Shown: positions 49,775 to 51,936 of the stretch, piece after piece
Layout: every line of letters begins with the position of its first letter
How positions within the stretch are numbered: the stretch's first letter is position 1
Assembly (NCBI GenBank): GCA_009784085.1
Contig: WRCJ01000002.1
Coordinates: forward strand, 1 to 51,936
Direction: 5' to 3'
Length of the DNA stretch: 51,936 nt
From: Oscillospiraceae bacterium
GTDB taxonomy: Bacteria > Bacillota > Clostridia > Oscillospirales > UBA929
Program-made: the position numbers and the translations under genes
The notes under the pieces: generated by a model
Told to the model about the DNA's origin: nothing
Databases searched by the model: none
What the model saw: the letters and a program-made list of their open reading frames with translations, nothing else

Positions 49775-50707
49775 ATGCCTTGTGAACAGTGCGGCGCCAA
49801 AACCAACGGGGACGTAACGTTGTGCCCCGCTTGCGAGGCGGAGGGGAAGTCTGCGGCTATCTTCTCCGACCAAGATGGGAAGGAAGGGAAAGCCACAACC
49901 AAGGGGAAGCTTTCAGGCTTTGCCGAAGGAGACGGGGAAGACGGGGAGGCCGGTAAGGCCGGTAAGGCCGGTGATGCCGGTGAGGGTGCCGGCGACAAAG
50001 GCGGCGACGGTGCCGGCGATGTTGCTGACGGTGATGCCGGTGACGCTGACGGCGAGGGCGGCGACGATGTCGATGATTATGTCGACGATGACGATGCCGA
50101 CGAGGGCGCCGATCCCGACGGGTCCCCAGGCGGAGGAGACGGGCAAGACGGCGGCCAACACGAAGTAGCCGTGGAAAAACAGAAAACAAAGATTATGCCT
50201 TTTGTAATTTCCCTGGTGGTGATCGCGCTTTTGGGCGTGGGCATGGTCTTCTACTTCTTCTTGGGGCATATCTTCCAGGTGGACGAAACCGGTATCGTGG
50301 CCGATAGGTTCGAGATCTTCACAGCGGCCATGGAAAAGGGCGATATCGATGGGATGATTGCCATTTGGGAGCCGGAAATGGGGTTTACGCAAGACTATGT
50401 CCCCTTCTTCGGCGATATGCCTACGTTTATTGAGAATCTGAAATCCGGCGCCATAGGGGAATTTGACATCGATTACACAAGCCATGGATCGGTCATCGCC
50501 AGCTTTATCAAGTCAGCCTCTTATCGCCTCGAACTCGACAGTGAGAATATCACCATCGATGAGTACCAGAACGAGGAAACGGGCGTGGTCGACTATGAGT
50601 ATGCCATACTCCCCATTACGGAGTATATGTCCACCGTGGAGGGGGATCCCTATTCCGGGTACCTCTACATGATCAAACTGGACGGTCAATGGTATTTGAC
50701 TTCCTAA
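49775..50707 (+). CDS. Zinc-ribbon / single-TM protein with a Gly-Asp-rich spacer and a C-terminal globular domain
   Basis: MPCEQCGAKTNGDVTLCPAC, a G/D/A-rich repeat region, a TM helix (IMPFVISLVVIALLGVGMVFYFFL), and a ~150-aa C-terminal domain of unknown family. Confidence 0.6.
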   Translation: MPCEQCGAKTNGDVTLCPACEAEGKSAAIFSDQDGKEGKATTKGKLSGFAEGDGEDGEAGKAGKAGDAGEGAGDKGGDGAGDVADGDAGDADGEGGDDVDDYVDDDDADEGADPDGSPGGGDGQDGGQHEVAVEKQKTKIMPFVISLVVIALLGVGMVFYFFLGHIFQVDETGIVADRFEIFTAAMEKGDIDGMIAIWEPEMGFTQDYVPFFGDMPTFIENLKSGAIGEFDIDYTSHGSVIASFIKSASYRLELDSENITIDEYQNEETGVVDYEYAILPITEYMSTVEGDPYSGYLYMIKLDGQWYLTS

Positions 50708-50763
50708 AACCTTCGTGAGTGATGGGCTTCGTATAAGGAATAGGGGAGGGGGATCGGGTTCCT

Positions 50764-51684
50764 ATGAATATCGATGCGCTCATCGAGGGCATACGCGCTA
50801 AACAAAACCCCACCGTTGCCGGGCTGGATCCCCGCCCGGAACACTTGCCCGCGTTTTTGCTGGACGACGCCATCAGGGAACACGGCGAGACGCTGGCGGC
50901 CCTTGCGGCGGCGACCATGCGATTCAACACGGCCATCTTAGACGCGCTACATGACATCGTCCCGGCTGTCAAACTGCAGTCAGCATGCTACGAAATGCTG
51001 GGGCCGGAGGGCATGGCCGCGATGAGGGACAGTATTGCCTATGCCAAGGGCTTGGGGTTGTATGTCATTGTAGACGCCAAGAGGGGCGACATCGGTTCGA
51101 CTGCCGAATGTTACAGCGCGGCCTTCTTGGGCCGGGTCAAGGTGGGGGGCGCCGAGATCGCGCCCTTCGACGCCGACGCATTGACGGTCAACCCTTACTT
51201 GGGTTCGGACTGTGTTTTGCCGTTTCTCGATGATGTAGGCGCCAATGCGCGGGCTATCTTCATCCTGGGGCGCACCTCGAACCGGTCATCCAGCGAGCTA
51301 CAGCTGTTGCCCGCGCCCGACCGCCCGCTCTACCGCGTGGTGGGCGAGCTGACCGAACGCTGGGGCGCCGCCTATATCGGCGCCCATGGGTACTCGTCGG
51401 TGGGCCTGGTGGTGGGCGCCACGCAACCTGCGGAGATTGTGGAGTTGCGCCGCCATTTGCGGCGCACTTTTTTCCTCATACCCGGCTATGGCGCGCAGGG
51501 AGGCGCGGCATGGGATATTGCCCGCGCCTTTGACAATCTGGGACGGGGCGCGTTGGTCAACTCTTCCCGCGCCATTCTTTGCGCTTGGCAGAAAAAGGGA
51601 ACCCCGGAGGCGTACGCCGACTGTGCAAGGGCCGAAGCGTTGCGCATGAAGGAAGAGTTGGGGAGATATGTCACGTTTAACTGA
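50764..51684 (+). CDS. pyrF: Orotidine 5'-phosphate decarboxylase (type 2, long form)
   Basis: VAGLDP, VDAKRGDIGST and PGYGAQGG blocks. Confidence 0.9.
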   Translation: MNIDALIEGIRAKQNPTVAGLDPRPEHLPAFLLDDAIREHGETLAALAAATMRFNTAILDALHDIVPAVKLQSACYEMLGPEGMAAMRDSIAYAKGLGLYVIVDAKRGDIGSTAECYSAAFLGRVKVGGAEIAPFDADALTVNPYLGSDCVLPFLDDVGANARAIFILGRTSNRSSSELQLLPAPDRPLYRVVGELTERWGAAYIGAHGYSSVGLVVGATQPAEIVELRRHLRRTFFLIPGYGAQGGAAWDIARAFDNLGRGALVNSSRAILCAWQKKGTPEAYADCARAEALRMKEELGRYVTFN

Positions 51685-51936
51685 ATCCCACACGCAAGAC
51701 GCCGCCACGATGTCAACGTCAACGCCGCCGCGCCGGGGCGGCCACGCCCTCATGCTGGTCTTCTGCGCGTTTATCGCGATTGTCACGTCCGCCATCGTAC
51801 TCATCGGCGGGCAGTATCATGACACGGGCGATCCTGTCCCGCCCACGCCCGGCGCCTTTGCCCATTTGGAACCGCTGCCCGGCAGCTTGGCGCCGCTGGC
51901 GGTCCCGACTGACCGCGGCCAGCCCGTCGGCGACAA
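51668..51936 (+). CDS. 5' part of a membrane protein gene running off the right edge
   Basis: The ATG at 51668 overlaps the pyrF end by 17 nt. The frame is open to the window edge and has a TM helix (ALMLVFCAFIAIVTSAIVLIGG). The start is uncertain. Confidence 0.35.
   Translation, partial: MSRLTESHTQDAATMSTSTPPRRGGHALMLVFCAFIAIVTSAIVLIGGQYHDTGDPVPPTPGAFAHLEPLPGSLAPLAVPTDRGQPVGD

Noticed and set aside
111-50100. The many short tandem repeats as possible CRISPR arrays
   Set aside because: The units are 6-21 nt, directly abutting or separated by a few nt. There are no 25-40 nt unique spacers, no repeat of CRISPR length, and no cas genes in the window.

Overview
This 51.9 kb chromosomal segment reads like a high-GC Clostridia-type Firmicute. 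That is an inference from gene content, gene order and GC3-rich codon use; there is no rRNA or tRNA in the window to anchor it. Most of it is housekeeping, mainly on the minus strand: sbcD-sbcC, a DUF234-type AAA ATPase, and a nine-gene V-type ATPase operon sitting 31 nt downstream of pyrB. These are followed by an ECF sigma/anti-sigma pair, dusB, a DAP-decarboxylase-like gene and a G5/M23 peptidase. Next come amidohydrolase-rnc-plsX-trmFO-topA-dprA-trmH-(unknown)-lysS-greA and ctpA-M23(EnvC-like)-ftsX-ftsE. The window ends with a PucR-family regulator, rpsO-pnp-M16 peptidase, a zinc-ribbon membrane protein and pyrF. Two visibly AT-richer patches interrupt this (GC not computed). Patch (i), about 180-1160, holds two decayed genes: a Phd-antitoxin::PIN-toxin deletion fusion and a Fic/RecG-like C-terminal stub. 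Patch (ii) is a ~4.1 kb island at about 24.57-28.71 kb, with all cargo on the minus strand and no integrase. It carries a PIN protein translationally coupled to a 53-aa ORF, an IS3 orfA-like relic, an orphan coiled-coil ORF, mazE-mazF with a lipoprotein gene welded into the same operon, and a KilA-N protein. This island is my best candidate for an undescribed defence/addiction-type module. The second striking property is mutational. The last 12-18 nt of many genes, usually including the stop codon, are duplicated just downstream with 0-175 nt of filler. Repeats of 8-12 nt sit on several start codons, and conserved proteins carry in-frame low-complexity insertions. A REP-like hairpin family, with a compensatory stem change between copies, occurs inside the V-ATPase operon and at the island edge. 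I saw no CRISPR array, tRNA or rRNA.
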